NCBI GenBank assembly: GCA_963665235.2
Contig: CAXXLX010000001.1
Location: 1,568,001 to 1,632,000, forward strand
DNA: 64,000 bases
From: Candidatus Poribacteria bacterium
GTDB lineage: Bacteria; Poribacteria; WGA-4E; WGA-3G
Direction of reading: 5' to 3'
Made by a program: the position numbers and the translations under genes
In this document: piece after piece, positions 49,364 through 59,291 of the stretch
Layout of the letters: each line of letters begins with the position of its first letter
Position numbering within the stretch: position 1 is the stretch's first letter
Notes under the pieces: generated by a model
The model's input: the letters and a program-made list of their open reading frames with translations, nothing else
Told to the model about the DNA's origin: nothing
Database searches by the model: none

Positions 49364-50361
49364 TGATGCGCTATACACGTTTTATTACCTGCTGCCTTCT
49401 GTTGTTGGTTCCTACCCTTACTACTGCGGAAATCGTTTTTAAATCACAGCGCGATGGTGCTAACAATCTCTATGTGATGGACGATGATGGCAGCAATGTC
49501 CAAAGAATAACCTTCACGCAGTTTCCCTTCTCTGATTCGGGTCCCCGCTATTCTCCGGATGGCAAGCATATTGCGTTTTGGAGAGATGTGATTGTGGACC
49601 CGGAGAAAAAGGGTCAGCAGACAGACATGTTTATCATAGATAGAGATGGCAGCAACAGACGGCGGCTCACCGAGAATGCCGCATTGGATAGCAATCATTC
49701 GTGGGCTCCGGATGGCCGCCGCCTTGCCTTCACAAGTGACCGGAGCGGGGACGATGAAATTTATGTGATAGACATCGTAACCCGAGAGATTCGGCAACTG
49801 ACCCGCAATCCAGACTTCTGGGAATGGGCTGCTGGGCCGGACTGGTCTCCCGATGGCAAATATATCGCCTACCGACAGGCGAAACCCCCACGCGGATTAA
49901 CAACTATCTACGTGATGAATGCGGATGGAAAACGCGCGCAACCGCTTGTTCCTGCTGACGATTGGTATCGCGGTAGCCCACGTTGGTCTCCAGATAGCAA
50001 ATCTGTTATGTATGTTGAAGCACTCTACGAGCCGGGGCAAGGATTCAAACTATTGGCAAACAACGTCGTGATTCACAAGCATGGGACCAAAGCGCGGCGG
50101 ATTTTAGAAACCCCCAAGGATTGGTTAATACATTCCGCCTGTTGGATGGACAACGGAAAACAGGTGCTGATTGGCGCAGAGCCACTCGATGCCCCAAATC
50201 GGCAGATTGACATCTACCGGTATAATCTCGCCAACGACAACATAACCAACCTGACAAACCATCCGCGAGACGACTACTCCCCGGATTGGATAAGCGATAA
50301 AGTGCTTTCTGTCACCCCACTAGATAAAAAAAAAGTAAGGTGGGGCAATCTAAAGAGGTGA
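49363..50361 (+). CDS. TolB-like (PD40) beta-propeller protein
   Basis: LYVMDDDGSNVQRIT, WSPDG repeats, C-terminal VTPLDKKKVRWGNLK. Confidence 0.85.
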   Translation: MMRYTRFITCCLLLLVPTLTTAEIVFKSQRDGANNLYVMDDDGSNVQRITFTQFPFSDSGPRYSPDGKHIAFWRDVIVDPEKKGQQTDMFIIDRDGSNRRRLTENAALDSNHSWAPDGRRLAFTSDRSGDDEIYVIDIVTREIRQLTRNPDFWEWAAGPDWSPDGKYIAYRQAKPPRGLTTIYVMNADGKRAQPLVPADDWYRGSPRWSPDSKSVMYVEALYEPGQGFKLLANNVVIHKHGTKARRILETPKDWLIHSACWMDNGKQVLIGAEPLDAPNRQIDIYRYNLANDNITNLTNHPRDDYSPDWISDKVLSVTPLDKKKVRWGNLKR

Positions 50362-50390
50362 ACCCTTAAGGCTAAACCTCTATTGAAACG

Positions 50391-50423
50391 AAAGCCGTGT
50401 TATCCGGGTATAACACGGCTTTT
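50391..50423 (+). terminator. Rho-independent terminator
   Basis: AAAGCCGTGTTAT-CCGGGT-ATAACACGGCTTTT. Confidence 0.75.
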
Positions 50424-50487
50424 CGCATCGCAGCATGAACAGTAAGCACACGGGCATGTCCCCTTCGAAATGATTGCGTGTTACCCA

Positions 50488-50713
50488 CAGGACTTATGCA
50501 AATTTAGGAGAACCATCGTAGGGGCGAGGTCTCCTCGCCCGCTACGCTAGGTCTCCCTTTTATTTGGATGTTGGGTTACGGAAACCTATGGAAACCGTTG
50601 GAAACCAGAAATATAAGAACCCTCTTCTCTTTTCTCGCTCTTGCTAATTGTCAATCGCCAATTGCTAATTGCCAATTATCATAAGGATTTATCAACGCGC
50701 TGCGTCTGTCCTG
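50488..50713. mobile_element. MITE-like composite element carrying a REP hairpin and heptamer repeats
   Basis: Imperfect TIRs CAGGACTTATGCA...TGCGTCTGTCCTG; related to 57549-57660 and the 28710 end. Confidence 0.65.
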
Positions 50714-50799
50714 ATACAAAAACTTTACACACCCTACTCTCCCGGACAGTTGATATTTAATCTAAATTCTGTTACAATACAATTAGAGGAGGAGAAATT

Positions 50800-51342
50800 A
50801 TGAGAATCACGGTACTGTTAGTTGCTTGTTTAATACTCTGCTTCACAGCGTGCGGTCCGAAAAGCATACCCTATTCACAGGGCACAGATGCCCCCAAACC
50901 GAGTAAAGCAGCAAAATCACATTACAACTGGGGACTCACGTATGCCAAACAGGGAAACCTAGAGCAAGCCGTCACCGAATTTAGATTGGCAATCCACTAT
51001 GAACCGAGGTGGGCATTGCCGTATTTCAATCTAGGCGCGACCTACGCAAACTGGGATAAACTTGACCAAGCCATCGTTGCATGGGAACACGCGGCGCATC
51101 TAGACCCGGACTTCGCAAAGGCGCATTATTACCTCGCCCTCGTCTATTCCGTAAAGGCGGGGAAGGTTTCACAGCAGTCCTTGCCGGGTTCCTATATTGC
51201 AAAGTCTATTGCATCTTTACGTGAAGCGATTCGGCTAGATAAGGCAGTATTCTCAGCAGCAGAGGCGGAACCGGTATTTGAGGCAATTCGCAACACACCC
51301 GAATATCAAGCTATGCGGCAAGCCGCTACACAGGAACAGTGA
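50800..51342 (+). CDS. TPR-containing lipoprotein
   Basis: Lipobox FTAC; three TPR-like units. Confidence 0.8.
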   Translation: MRITVLLVACLILCFTACGPKSIPYSQGTDAPKPSKAAKSHYNWGLTYAKQGNLEQAVTEFRLAIHYEPRWALPYFNLGATYANWDKLDQAIVAWEHAAHLDPDFAKAHYYLALVYSVKAGKVSQQSLPGSYIAKSIASLREAIRLDKAVFSAAEAEPVFEAIRNTPEYQAMRQAATQEQ

Positions 51343-51360
51343 GCCCCCGCACGACAAAAC

Positions 51361-52287
51361 ATGGCACGTTATACAACCGTTTCCCCCAGAGAACTCACAG
51401 AGATTGTGTCCCATTACGACATCGGCACACCGATAACGCTTGAGGACATTCCTGGTGGATTTGGGAATAGCAACTTTAAACTGACAACAACAGAGAGGAC
51501 ATTCCTGCTGAAAATTTGCGATGAGAAAACAGAGACAGAGCTGCAGGCACAAATCGCGCTGTTAGCGCATTTACGTAAACACGCGTACCCGACGGTCTAC
51601 CCGATTTTGCTGAAAAATGGTGAAGCACTTCACGTTAGACACACCGACTGTGTGATGCTCTATCCGTTTTTACAGGGGGTTACGCCGCAACCTTCCGAGC
51701 GGACGTTGGCATGTATTGGCGAAGCATTAGCACAATTGCATTGCATGCCGCCGCTTGCAGGATTGCCGCCCTTTCCGATGGGCATTTCGCAAATAGTTCC
51801 GTTTTTTGCCGAGGTAGAAGGCACACAATTTGTCACGCATCCGTTTGTCCTCCGTTTGAAATCGGACCTGGAATGGATGCGTCCCCAGCTGACGCAGCCA
51901 TTACCGGAAGGAATCCTACACGGTGATCTGTTTTTGGATAACACCCTATTTGATGGTGAACAGCTGGTTGCAATCCTTGATTTTGAGGAGGCATGTGCTG
52001 ACACTTTACTGATTGATGTCGGAATGACAATTATTGGATGTTGTTACACAGCACAGCATGACCTACATGTAGCCGCTGTACACAGTTTCCTGGACGCGTA
52101 TAACGCGTTGCGGCCCTTGACAGCAGCCGAATGGGACAGCTTGGATTGCTTCGTCCACTATGCTGCCAGTGCTATCGCGTTTTGGCGGTTTCGGCAATTC
52201 AATATCCGTCGTCCGGATGCGCGCCGCGCGGATACATATCAGGAGATGATTGAACACAGTGAGAAATGGCAGTCGAGAAATTTCTAA
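51361..52287 (+). CDS. thrB: Homoserine kinase type II (APH family)
   Basis: MARYT, GFGNSNF, HGDLFLDN, LDFEEAC. Confidence 0.7.
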   Translation: MARYTTVSPRELTEIVSHYDIGTPITLEDIPGGFGNSNFKLTTTERTFLLKICDEKTETELQAQIALLAHLRKHAYPTVYPILLKNGEALHVRHTDCVMLYPFLQGVTPQPSERTLACIGEALAQLHCMPPLAGLPPFPMGISQIVPFFAEVEGTQFVTHPFVLRLKSDLEWMRPQLTQPLPEGILHGDLFLDNTLFDGEQLVAILDFEEACADTLLIDVGMTIIGCCYTAQHDLHVAAVHSFLDAYNALRPLTAAEWDSLDCFVHYAASAIAFWRFRQFNIRRPDARRADTYQEMIEHSEKWQSRNF

Positions 52288-52313
52288 CGAACGCGCAGAA
52301 CCATAGGTAAGAT

Positions 52314-54047
52314 ATGTCTTTAGTAAGCTTAGAACATGTTACCAAATTTTATGACCCGGAGCTGATTCTAGACGATATTTCTGTCGCAATCGCCCCCGGG
52401 GACCGAATCGGATTAATTGGGCGTAACGGCACCGGGAAAACGACATTAATTAAAATCATCGCGGGTATGATTACCGATTTCAAGGGCACTGTTAACCGAG
52501 CAAAAAGCTTGCACATCGGATATCTGAACCAGGAGCCGGAGCTTGCGCGAGACTGCACGTTACGCCAGGAGATGCTAAAAGTTTTTGAGGAACGGCGCGC
52601 CCTTGAGGATAAGATGCTTCTGCTTGCAGAGGAGATAGAAACGGCAGAGCAGCCGGAGCTTTTGGCACAGTATGCAAAAGTTCAGGAACAGCATGAAAGG
52701 CTTGGCGGTTACGATTATGAGTACCAGATAAATCGCGTCCTCGGCGGTTTAGGTTTTAGCGAAGCGGACTTCAATCTACCGATACCTGTCCTCAGCGGTG
52801 GCCAGAAAAGCCGCGCAACGCTAGCGAAGCTCCTCCTTACAACACCGGACCTATTGCTCCTTGATGAACCGACAAATCATCTTGACATTAACGGTATTAC
52901 ATGGTTAGAAAATTACCTCAATAGTGAGTACAAAGGGGCTGTCCTCGTTGTTTCTCACGACCGGTATTTTTTGGATAGGGTTGTACGAAAGGTGTGGGAG
53001 TTAGCGGAGCACAAACTAAATATTTATCGTGGGAACTACTCTAAGTACACTGAAACCGAAGCCGTTGAGCGGTTAAGCGATGAACGCGCCTTTAAAAAAC
53101 AGCAAGCCTTTATTGCACATGAGGAGGATTTTATTCGACGCAATATAGCGGGGCAGCGGACACGAGAGGCGCAGGGCAGGCAGAAAAGGTTATCACGGTT
53201 GGAACAGGTTGAAAAACCGAGACGTGATAAGCGAACGCTGCGACTGAATTTTACGCCTGAAACCCGCGGCGGCAACGATATCCTCCGATGTAAAAATGTC
53301 GGCAAACAGTTCGGCGATAAGGTCGTCTTCACGGGACTAGATTTCGAGGTGAAATACCAGGATGTCATCGGGATTATCGGGGCAAACGGCACAGGAAAAA
53401 CAACGTTGTTCCGAATGATTTTGGGAGACGAATCCCCAACACAGGGGGAACTTTGGGTGGGACCGACGCTCAAGTTCGGATATTATACACAGGAATTAGA
53501 AGGACTCAACCGGCAGAATGAAATCATAGAGGAAATCTGGGCACTCTGTCCGGACCAGACGCAGGGTGAAATCCGCAGTTTTTTAGCAAGGTTTCTGTTC
53601 ACCGGAGATGACGTGTTCAAACAGATTGAAACGTTAAGTGGCGGTGAGCAGAGTCGCGTCCAATTGGCGAAATTATTGTTAGAAAACGCGAATGTCCTGC
53701 TGCTTGATGAACCAACAAACCATCTGGACATTCCCGCACGCGAGGCGTTAGAAGCCGCACTTGCCGAGTATCCAGCAACAATTTTCATTATCTCTCACGA
53801 CCGCTATCTGTTGAATAGTCTCGCCACAAAGCTCCTACTCTTTGATGCCAAAAAAGAGGGAGCAACAGCACACTTTTTTGAAGGCACCTATGCCCAATAT
53901 GAAGCCTCCCTGCGACAACCTGCCGAAGATGAATCCCCTGTCTCGGAAAAGAGCGCGTCAGAGAATCAACCGCCGCCCACGAAACGGAGGTCAAAATCTA
54001 AGCGTAAACGCAAGATGAAGGCACAACGTTTAGTCGGCAGCAACTAA
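52314..54047 (+). CDS. ABC-F family ATPase
   Basis: Two cassettes GRNGTGKT / GANGTGKT, LSGG, LLDEPTNHLD, SHDRY. Confidence 0.92.
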   Translation: MSLVSLEHVTKFYDPELILDDISVAIAPGDRIGLIGRNGTGKTTLIKIIAGMITDFKGTVNRAKSLHIGYLNQEPELARDCTLRQEMLKVFEERRALEDKMLLLAEEIETAEQPELLAQYAKVQEQHERLGGYDYEYQINRVLGGLGFSEADFNLPIPVLSGGQKSRATLAKLLLTTPDLLLLDEPTNHLDINGITWLENYLNSEYKGAVLVVSHDRYFLDRVVRKVWELAEHKLNIYRGNYSKYTETEAVERLSDERAFKKQQAFIAHEEDFIRRNIAGQRTREAQGRQKRLSRLEQVEKPRRDKRTLRLNFTPETRGGNDILRCKNVGKQFGDKVVFTGLDFEVKYQDVIGIIGANGTGKTTLFRMILGDESPTQGELWVGPTLKFGYYTQELEGLNRQNEIIEEIWALCPDQTQGEIRSFLARFLFTGDDVFKQIETLSGGEQSRVQLAKLLLENANVLLLDEPTNHLDIPAREALEAALAEYPATIFIISHDRYLLNSLATKLLLFDAKKEGATAHFFEGTYAQYEASLRQPAEDESPVSEKSASENQPPPTKRRSKSKRKRKMKAQRLVGSN

Positions 54048-54073
54048 AAAAATTCAGCAAAATTCATTTTAAT

Positions 54074-54117
54074 TTGACATTCTGGGAAAACCGGTGTATA
54101 ATTATATCGTATACGAT
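54074..54117 (+). promoter_or_regulatory. Consensus sigma-70 promoter with adjacent palindromic operator
   Basis: TTGACA-17-TATAAT (54074-54102); perfect palindrome ATCGTATACGAT at 54106-54117. Confidence 0.75.
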
Positions 54118-54149
54118 GAAATATATCTCTGATATAGGACGTATTAGAA

Positions 54150-55028
54150 ATGTCTAAGGACCATGAATTTAATGAAAAAATTGATGTCGTGATACGTGTG
54201 ATGCGTCATGCACAAGCAGCGGTTAAATCTAGGTTCATACAAGAAGTTGTTCCCAATCGTCTGACGATTGTACAATTCAACGCACTTCAACACCTGCATT
54301 GGTATGGCGGTGAGCGTGGGATGTCAGTCAGTGAGCTCGGTGAGCACTTGGGGCTTGCACATAACACAGTTTCTGGGTTAGTGAGTCGTCTTGAACAGCA
54401 TGGGTGGGTAATCCGTCGTAAGTGTGATGAAGATCGGCGGCGTGCCCGCATTCAACTCACCCCGCAATCTCAACACCTTTTCCGGGAACGTCTTGAACAT
54501 GCAGAGAACTTTTGGCAAAGCACTTTTGGGCAGTTATCGCCAGAAGAACAGGAAACGTTGATTGAAAGTCTGCAACGGTTGAAACAGGTAATGGCGAAGC
54601 CGGTGTGGCCCAGTTATGCCCAGTTGCATCCTCGTGACGCGACGCGTTTGCAAGAACGGTTTGAAACCGAATTAGCCGAACTTGCACAAGGGAAGCTGAA
54701 ACTTGTGGGCATCCGGTTGATTCTTGCCCAAATCGCAGAAAAACGGGATGAGCATGAACTTGCAGCGTTTTTGAACCAGGCAGCTTCCGAAGAAATTCGG
54801 CATACCGACCAGCTGTTCGAACTGCTCGGACATGGCGAAGATTTTGAGCGGCTACTTAAAGCCCTCGCCCAGGAGGACGACGTGGTGTATGAAGAGCTGT
54901 TAGCGTTAGTTGAAAACGCACCGTGTGACGAAAACGCCGAAGAGCTCCTGCTCCTTCAGGAAATGGTTCAAAATAGTCGGAGATATAGACGTTGGTTTCG
55001 CAATATCCATAAAAAAACGAATGAGTGA
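54150..55028 (+). CDS. MarR-family regulator with a C-terminal ferritin/rubrerythrin-like helical domain
   Basis: LTIVQFNAL...VSELGEHLGL...VSRLE..GWV.R...EDRR; C-terminal AASEEIRH. Confidence 0.75.
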   Translation: MSKDHEFNEKIDVVIRVMRHAQAAVKSRFIQEVVPNRLTIVQFNALQHLHWYGGERGMSVSELGEHLGLAHNTVSGLVSRLEQHGWVIRRKCDEDRRRARIQLTPQSQHLFRERLEHAENFWQSTFGQLSPEEQETLIESLQRLKQVMAKPVWPSYAQLHPRDATRLQERFETELAELAQGKLKLVGIRLILAQIAEKRDEHELAAFLNQAASEEIRHTDQLFELLGHGEDFERLLKALAQEDDVVYEELLALVENAPCDENAEELLLLQEMVQNSRRYRRWFRNIHKKTNE

Positions 55029-55193
55029 TTTCTATTTTGCTAATGGACACCTGAGACTACCCCTTTTGATTCCGAACCCAGTGCCCGCAACAGCCAAGGC
55101 CAAGGATGCAGAAGCCGTTTTCTAGGTCAAGAACACTTAAGGAGAGTAGCTCTCTAGCAACTGAAATTCTACATAGTAAAAAAGGAACAGAAT

Positions 55194-55814
55194 ATGCAGT
55201 CCCAAAGTCCCGAAAACCTTCCGCCAGACTGTTACGATGATGCCGAACTGATTGAGCAATTTCAGCGAGGTGATAAGGCTGTATTTGATACACTCTTTAC
55301 ACGTTATCAGAAACGCACCTATCGGTTAGTGCAGCGTTTTGTACCGAACCATGAAGATGCTCAGGATATTACGCAGGACGCGTTTATTCGTGCGTACCAA
55401 GGATTAAATGATTTTAAAAGCCAGTGCCAGTTTTATAGTTGGCTTTACCGCATTACGGTGAACCTCTGTATAGATTTCTTAAGGAAAAAGTCACGGTCAG
55501 AAATGCTGGTCTATGAATCGGAAGACTCGGATGAATTGCCATTAGCAAATTTTCCGGACCTACGTTCAGATTCGCCTGCCAAAGCAGTTGAAAATAAGGA
55601 ACTAAGAGCGCACATCCGGAAAGCAATTCGTCAGCTTCCGCCGAAGCAGCGCCAAATCTTCATTTTGCGGCACTGGGATGGGTTATCGCTTAAAGATATC
55701 GCAGCTACGGTTGGCCGCTCGGATGGTACCGTCAAGGCACATCTGTTTCACGCGCATCGCAACCTGCGCAAGTATCTCAGCTCTTACCTGAAAGAGGAAG
55801 AGGCTGAGGAATGA
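55194..55814 (+). CDS. ECF RNA polymerase sigma factor
   Basis: DAQDITQDAF, FYSWLYRITVNLCID, LSLKDIA...GTVKAHL. Confidence 0.92.
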   Translation: MQSQSPENLPPDCYDDAELIEQFQRGDKAVFDTLFTRYQKRTYRLVQRFVPNHEDAQDITQDAFIRAYQGLNDFKSQCQFYSWLYRITVNLCIDFLRKKSRSEMLVYESEDSDELPLANFPDLRSDSPAKAVENKELRAHIRKAIRQLPPKQRQIFILRHWDGLSLKDIAATVGRSDGTVKAHLFHAHRNLRKYLSSYLKEEEAEE

Positions 55815-56118
55815 ACTGAAAAAAAAGTGTTTAAATGATATTGTATCCCTGTTTAAACCTTGTGCAATGTACCCCACAGCCTGGAAACGGAATCTCCGTT
55901 GTAAATCGCCAGACTGTGGAGTACATTTCCGGGGTATCCTGATGTATCAATTTAGCGTCTATACCCTCCCCCCGTTTGTCTATTCCGATGTCCTGCCAAA
56001 AATAAACAATCTGGGATTTCTCGAAAGCACTCAGAAGCCACTACCTATCAACGTTCTCTCAATACGCAGTTATGAAAATGCTAAAAAATGCTCATCGAAT
56101 GTCGGTTTGCATAACCCC

Positions 56119-56300
56119 TATAAATATATCGTCCTTGAGGAGCGGGCTGCTTGCCCGAATACTGGGACTAAGAGCGGTGGGGAAACGGCTCTTCTATAAA
56201 TATATCGTCCTTGAGGAGCGGGAAACCGTTTGCCCGAATACTGGGACTAAGAGGCGGGGAACCTTTTGCCCAATATTCGGGCACACAGTCCGCTCCTCAT
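56119..56300. repeat. Duplicated REP-like unit with an inverted partial copy
   Basis: CTATAAATATATCGTCCTTGAGGAGCGGG...TTGCCCGAATACTGGGACTAAGAG twice, then TATTCGGGCA...CCGCTCCTCA. Confidence 0.75.
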
Positions 56301-56339
56301 ACTAGGTCAAAACTTTTTTCAAACTCACGTTAATAGAGA

Positions 56340-57371
56340 TTACGTTTCCTCGGTATCCGATGTGAAGAGGGCTTCAACAAACTCCGCACCTGCAAAATCG
56401 CGTAAATCGTCAAGTTTTTCGCCAATACCGATGAGTTTGACAGGTGCCCCGATTTCAGCATTTACCCCAATCACTATACCACCTTTAGCAGTGCCATCCA
56501 GTTTAGTCACAACTACCCCGGTAATGGGTACCGCTTCGTTGAAAATTTTCGCCTGCATCAGTGCGTTCTGCCCGACCGTCCCATCAATGACCAGCAGTAC
56601 TTCGTGAGGTGCACCGACATGTCCCTTTGCCATCACACGTCCGATTTTTGCTAATTCGTCCATCAAAGGTTTTTTCGTATGAAGCCTGCCAGCGGTATCA
56701 ACAATTAGCAGGTCAGCGTTGCGATGTTTCGCTGCATGAACTGCGTCAAACACAACAGATGCGGGTTCCGCGCGTTCCCCACCACGAATCAGTTCAGCAC
56801 CGGCTCTATCACACCAAATCGCTAGTTGGTCCTCCGCCGCTGCGCGGAATGTATCTCCTGCTGCGACGATAACACGGGAGCCGTCAGCCCCAAAACGACT
56901 TGCAAGTTTGCCGATAGTCGTTGTTTTCCCGGCACCATTCACACCGAGAATCAAAATCGTATAAGGTTTTTCACCTTCAATCTGCAACGGAACATCTTCG
57001 CCAAGTAGATTCAGAATTTCGTCTTTTATTACCTGTTCCAACGCTGCCGAATCATCTAATCCATTGGATTTCACCGTTTCTCTGACATTGTCCATCAACT
57101 TCAGCGTAGTATCAACCCCCACATCAGCTTGGATTAAAATCTCCTCGAGCTCCTCCATCAGTTCCTCGTCAATTTTCCTACCAACCCGAAGGAGTCCTGT
57201 GAGTTGAGATATAAACCGGTGTCTCGTTTTCGCCAACCCGGATTTGAGACGATTAAACCAGTTTTTCTCTTCGGGGGCCGCCTCTAATTCATCGGGGGCT
57301 GCCTCTGATTCGGGGGTTACCTCTGATTCAACCGTGGTTTTATCCCCCCTCTTAAACAGTTTTCTGAGCAC
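56340..57371 (-). CDS. ftsY: Signal recognition particle receptor
   Basis: GVNGAGKTTTIGKLA, DTFRAAA, DTAGR, TKLDGTAKGG. Confidence 0.95.
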   Translation of the reverse strand: MLRKLFKRGDKTTVESEVTPESEAAPDELEAAPEEKNWFNRLKSGLAKTRHRFISQLTGLLRVGRKIDEELMEELEEILIQADVGVDTTLKLMDNVRETVKSNGLDDSAALEQVIKDEILNLLGEDVPLQIEGEKPYTILILGVNGAGKTTTIGKLASRFGADGSRVIVAAGDTFRAAAEDQLAIWCDRAGAELIRGGERAEPASVVFDAVHAAKHRNADLLIVDTAGRLHTKKPLMDELAKIGRVMAKGHVGAPHEVLLVIDGTVGQNALMQAKIFNEAVPITGVVVTKLDGTAKGGIVIGVNAEIGAPVKLIGIGEKLDDLRDFAGAEFVEALFTSDTEET

Positions 57372-57548
57372 GTATCGCTTTCTCCTTTTATTCTAAAATT
57401 AGCTGTGCTTCATGCATGGTTAAAACTGCGCCTTTGTAAACCTGCCTACAAAGCGCGCCCCTCCATGCAAGAACGTAAAATTATTTGCTTGCAAGAAGTT
57501 TCAAAATTTGATAACATAACCCCTAATTGGATTTGTCACTAATATAGT

Positions 57549-57660
57549 CAGGATGGACGCAAATTTAGCGCGTAGGCTCGGAGAGGCGAGGTCTCCTCGC
57601 CCGTTAGGCCATCTAAATCCCATTCTCATAAGGCCTTATCGACCTGCTGCGTCTGTCTTG
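57549..57660. mobile_element. MITE-like element with a REP hairpin, flanked by TATAGT direct repeats
   Basis: CAGGATGGACGCA...TGCGTCTGTCTTG; TATAGT at 57543-48 and 57661-66. Confidence 0.65.
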
Positions 57661-57939
57661 TATAGTAATACTATAACACAATTTCAAAAAATGTGTTAGT
57701 TTTAAGGGGGCGGTAAAGTTTTTGGCACAGGTATATGGAAAAGCATGGAAGTGGAAGATTGGAAAGCCAGTTCACCGCCTAAGTCGGGTGTTGATTTGAC
57801 CATCGGCGGTGCCCCTCCATCTCCTTCCTCTGTTGAAACCCAGATATATAGGAAATTGGAAAATTAAACGCTAACTTATACCATTTTTATTAATTATTCT
57901 ATCATTACCGGTTGTTGGAAATGAAACGGAGAACGGAAG

Positions 57940-58088
57940 ACACAAACTGGAAGTTTATGCTACGATAAAGAACACAAACTGGAAGTTTATGCTACGATAA
58001 AGAACACAAACTGGAAGTTTATGCTACGATAAAGAACACAAACTGGAAGTTTATGCTACGATAAAGAACACAAAGAAGTTTATGCTAC
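57940..58088 (-). repeat. 32-bp tandem REP array (4 perfect units plus 1 deleted unit)
   Basis: ACACAAACTGGAAGTTTATGCTACGATAAAGA; minus strand reads GTAG-CATAAAC-TTCCA-GTTTGTG hairpin. Confidence 0.9.
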
Positions 58089-58409
58089 AAGAAAGAGACA
58101 TTTTCAATTAGAAATGGTATTACATAAAAAAGCGGTGGATTTTTCATCTGTGGTTACGGGTTGTCCGTATTCTGATGTATCAACGCCAGAATACTAAACA
58201 TCAACAACCTATAATCGATACGTTCAGATGTTTCTGAGAAACGAACCCCGCACCTATGTGCATCTCCCTCAGGAACGTCTCGTTTATCTAATAGAGATAG
58301 AGAAGGCATGCTAAGGGACAAGCTGCCGCCTTCGCATTCTCCTCAATATCGGATTGAGGGGTGAACATCAACGTAAAATACCGGCACCTGTTTTGGTGCC
58401 AAAAGGAGT

Positions 58410-59240
58410 ATGAAAATGTTAGTTAGAACATATCTCACCGTTGCTACAGTCATGATGCTGTTTTGTCTCGGTTTTGTGACAAGCAGTGATGCGTTTCGTA
58501 TTGTGGAAATGAGACCCGATAATAACTCGTCATACGAAGACAAGGATTATGGTGTGACCTCCCAAACTATATGGCACGTCGCTTATCTGAGAACGGATGA
58601 ACCGTACTATAGTGTTACATGGTACGTTAATGACGTTGTATCAGGATATAGCTATGGGGGTCACGTTGCAACAGAAGCTTATTTTTCGCCCTATTGGCTA
58701 ACTGGAGACATTACTGGGGCAAATTATGTGATAAAGGCGGTCGCTTGTAGGATGGACAAAAATCCGCTTTCTACAGACACGGATTTCTACAAACTCGTAG
58801 TCTGGAAGCCGGTGATAAGACAGGATATCTATAGGATCGATGTTTATGGGTACGCAGAGCTCACGAAACAGTACTACGACAACGGCGTGATAACCACATC
58901 GCAGTATGTCCATGCTCGTGGCGGTCCCCGGGGTGGTGATCTTTTCTGGCGGTTCATGCATGAGGTCCGAGGGCCCAACGGCGGTCGAATCGGTTTTGAG
59001 CAGGAGGAATTAGAGGACGAGAATGGGGTCGCTGCACTTTTCAAGTTAGCCCCCGGTGCTTCGTATACTTCACCTACGGTAGACCTCTCCATTTCCCTAC
59101 CAACGGCATCAGGGATATACACCTCAAAGGCGTATGTAAACCTCGAAGTCGAAGGGACTGAAATCAATGCGGAAGACGGGAAACGTAAGGTAAAAGACAG
59201 CTGGCCCGTTACGAACGAAAAGACGTTCCAACAAGAATAA
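58410..59240 (+). CDS. Hypothetical secreted protein with an N-terminal TD.PYY.V.WYV segment
   Basis: AAGGAG RBS, signal peptide, LRTDEPYYSVTWYV...GANYVIKAVA. Confidence 0.75.
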   Translation: MKMLVRTYLTVATVMMLFCLGFVTSSDAFRIVEMRPDNNSSYEDKDYGVTSQTIWHVAYLRTDEPYYSVTWYVNDVVSGYSYGGHVATEAYFSPYWLTGDITGANYVIKAVACRMDKNPLSTDTDFYKLVVWKPVIRQDIYRIDVYGYAELTKQYYDNGVITTSQYVHARGGPRGGDLFWRFMHEVRGPNGGRIGFEQEELEDENGVAALFKLAPGASYTSPTVDLSISLPTASGIYTSKAYVNLEVEGTEINAEDGKRKVKDSWPVTNEKTFQQE

Positions 59241-59291
59241 CCTTAGAGGGCGGGTGTCTTCACCCGCCCCCTTCCTAAAAGGAGTAGGGCA

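Noticed and set aside
55867-56305. Anti-sigma factor ORFs after the ECF gene
   Set aside because: No HxxxCxxC motif or TM segment; the ORFs run through repeat DNA.
57940-58088. CRISPR array
   Set aside because: Head-to-tail identical units with no spacers.
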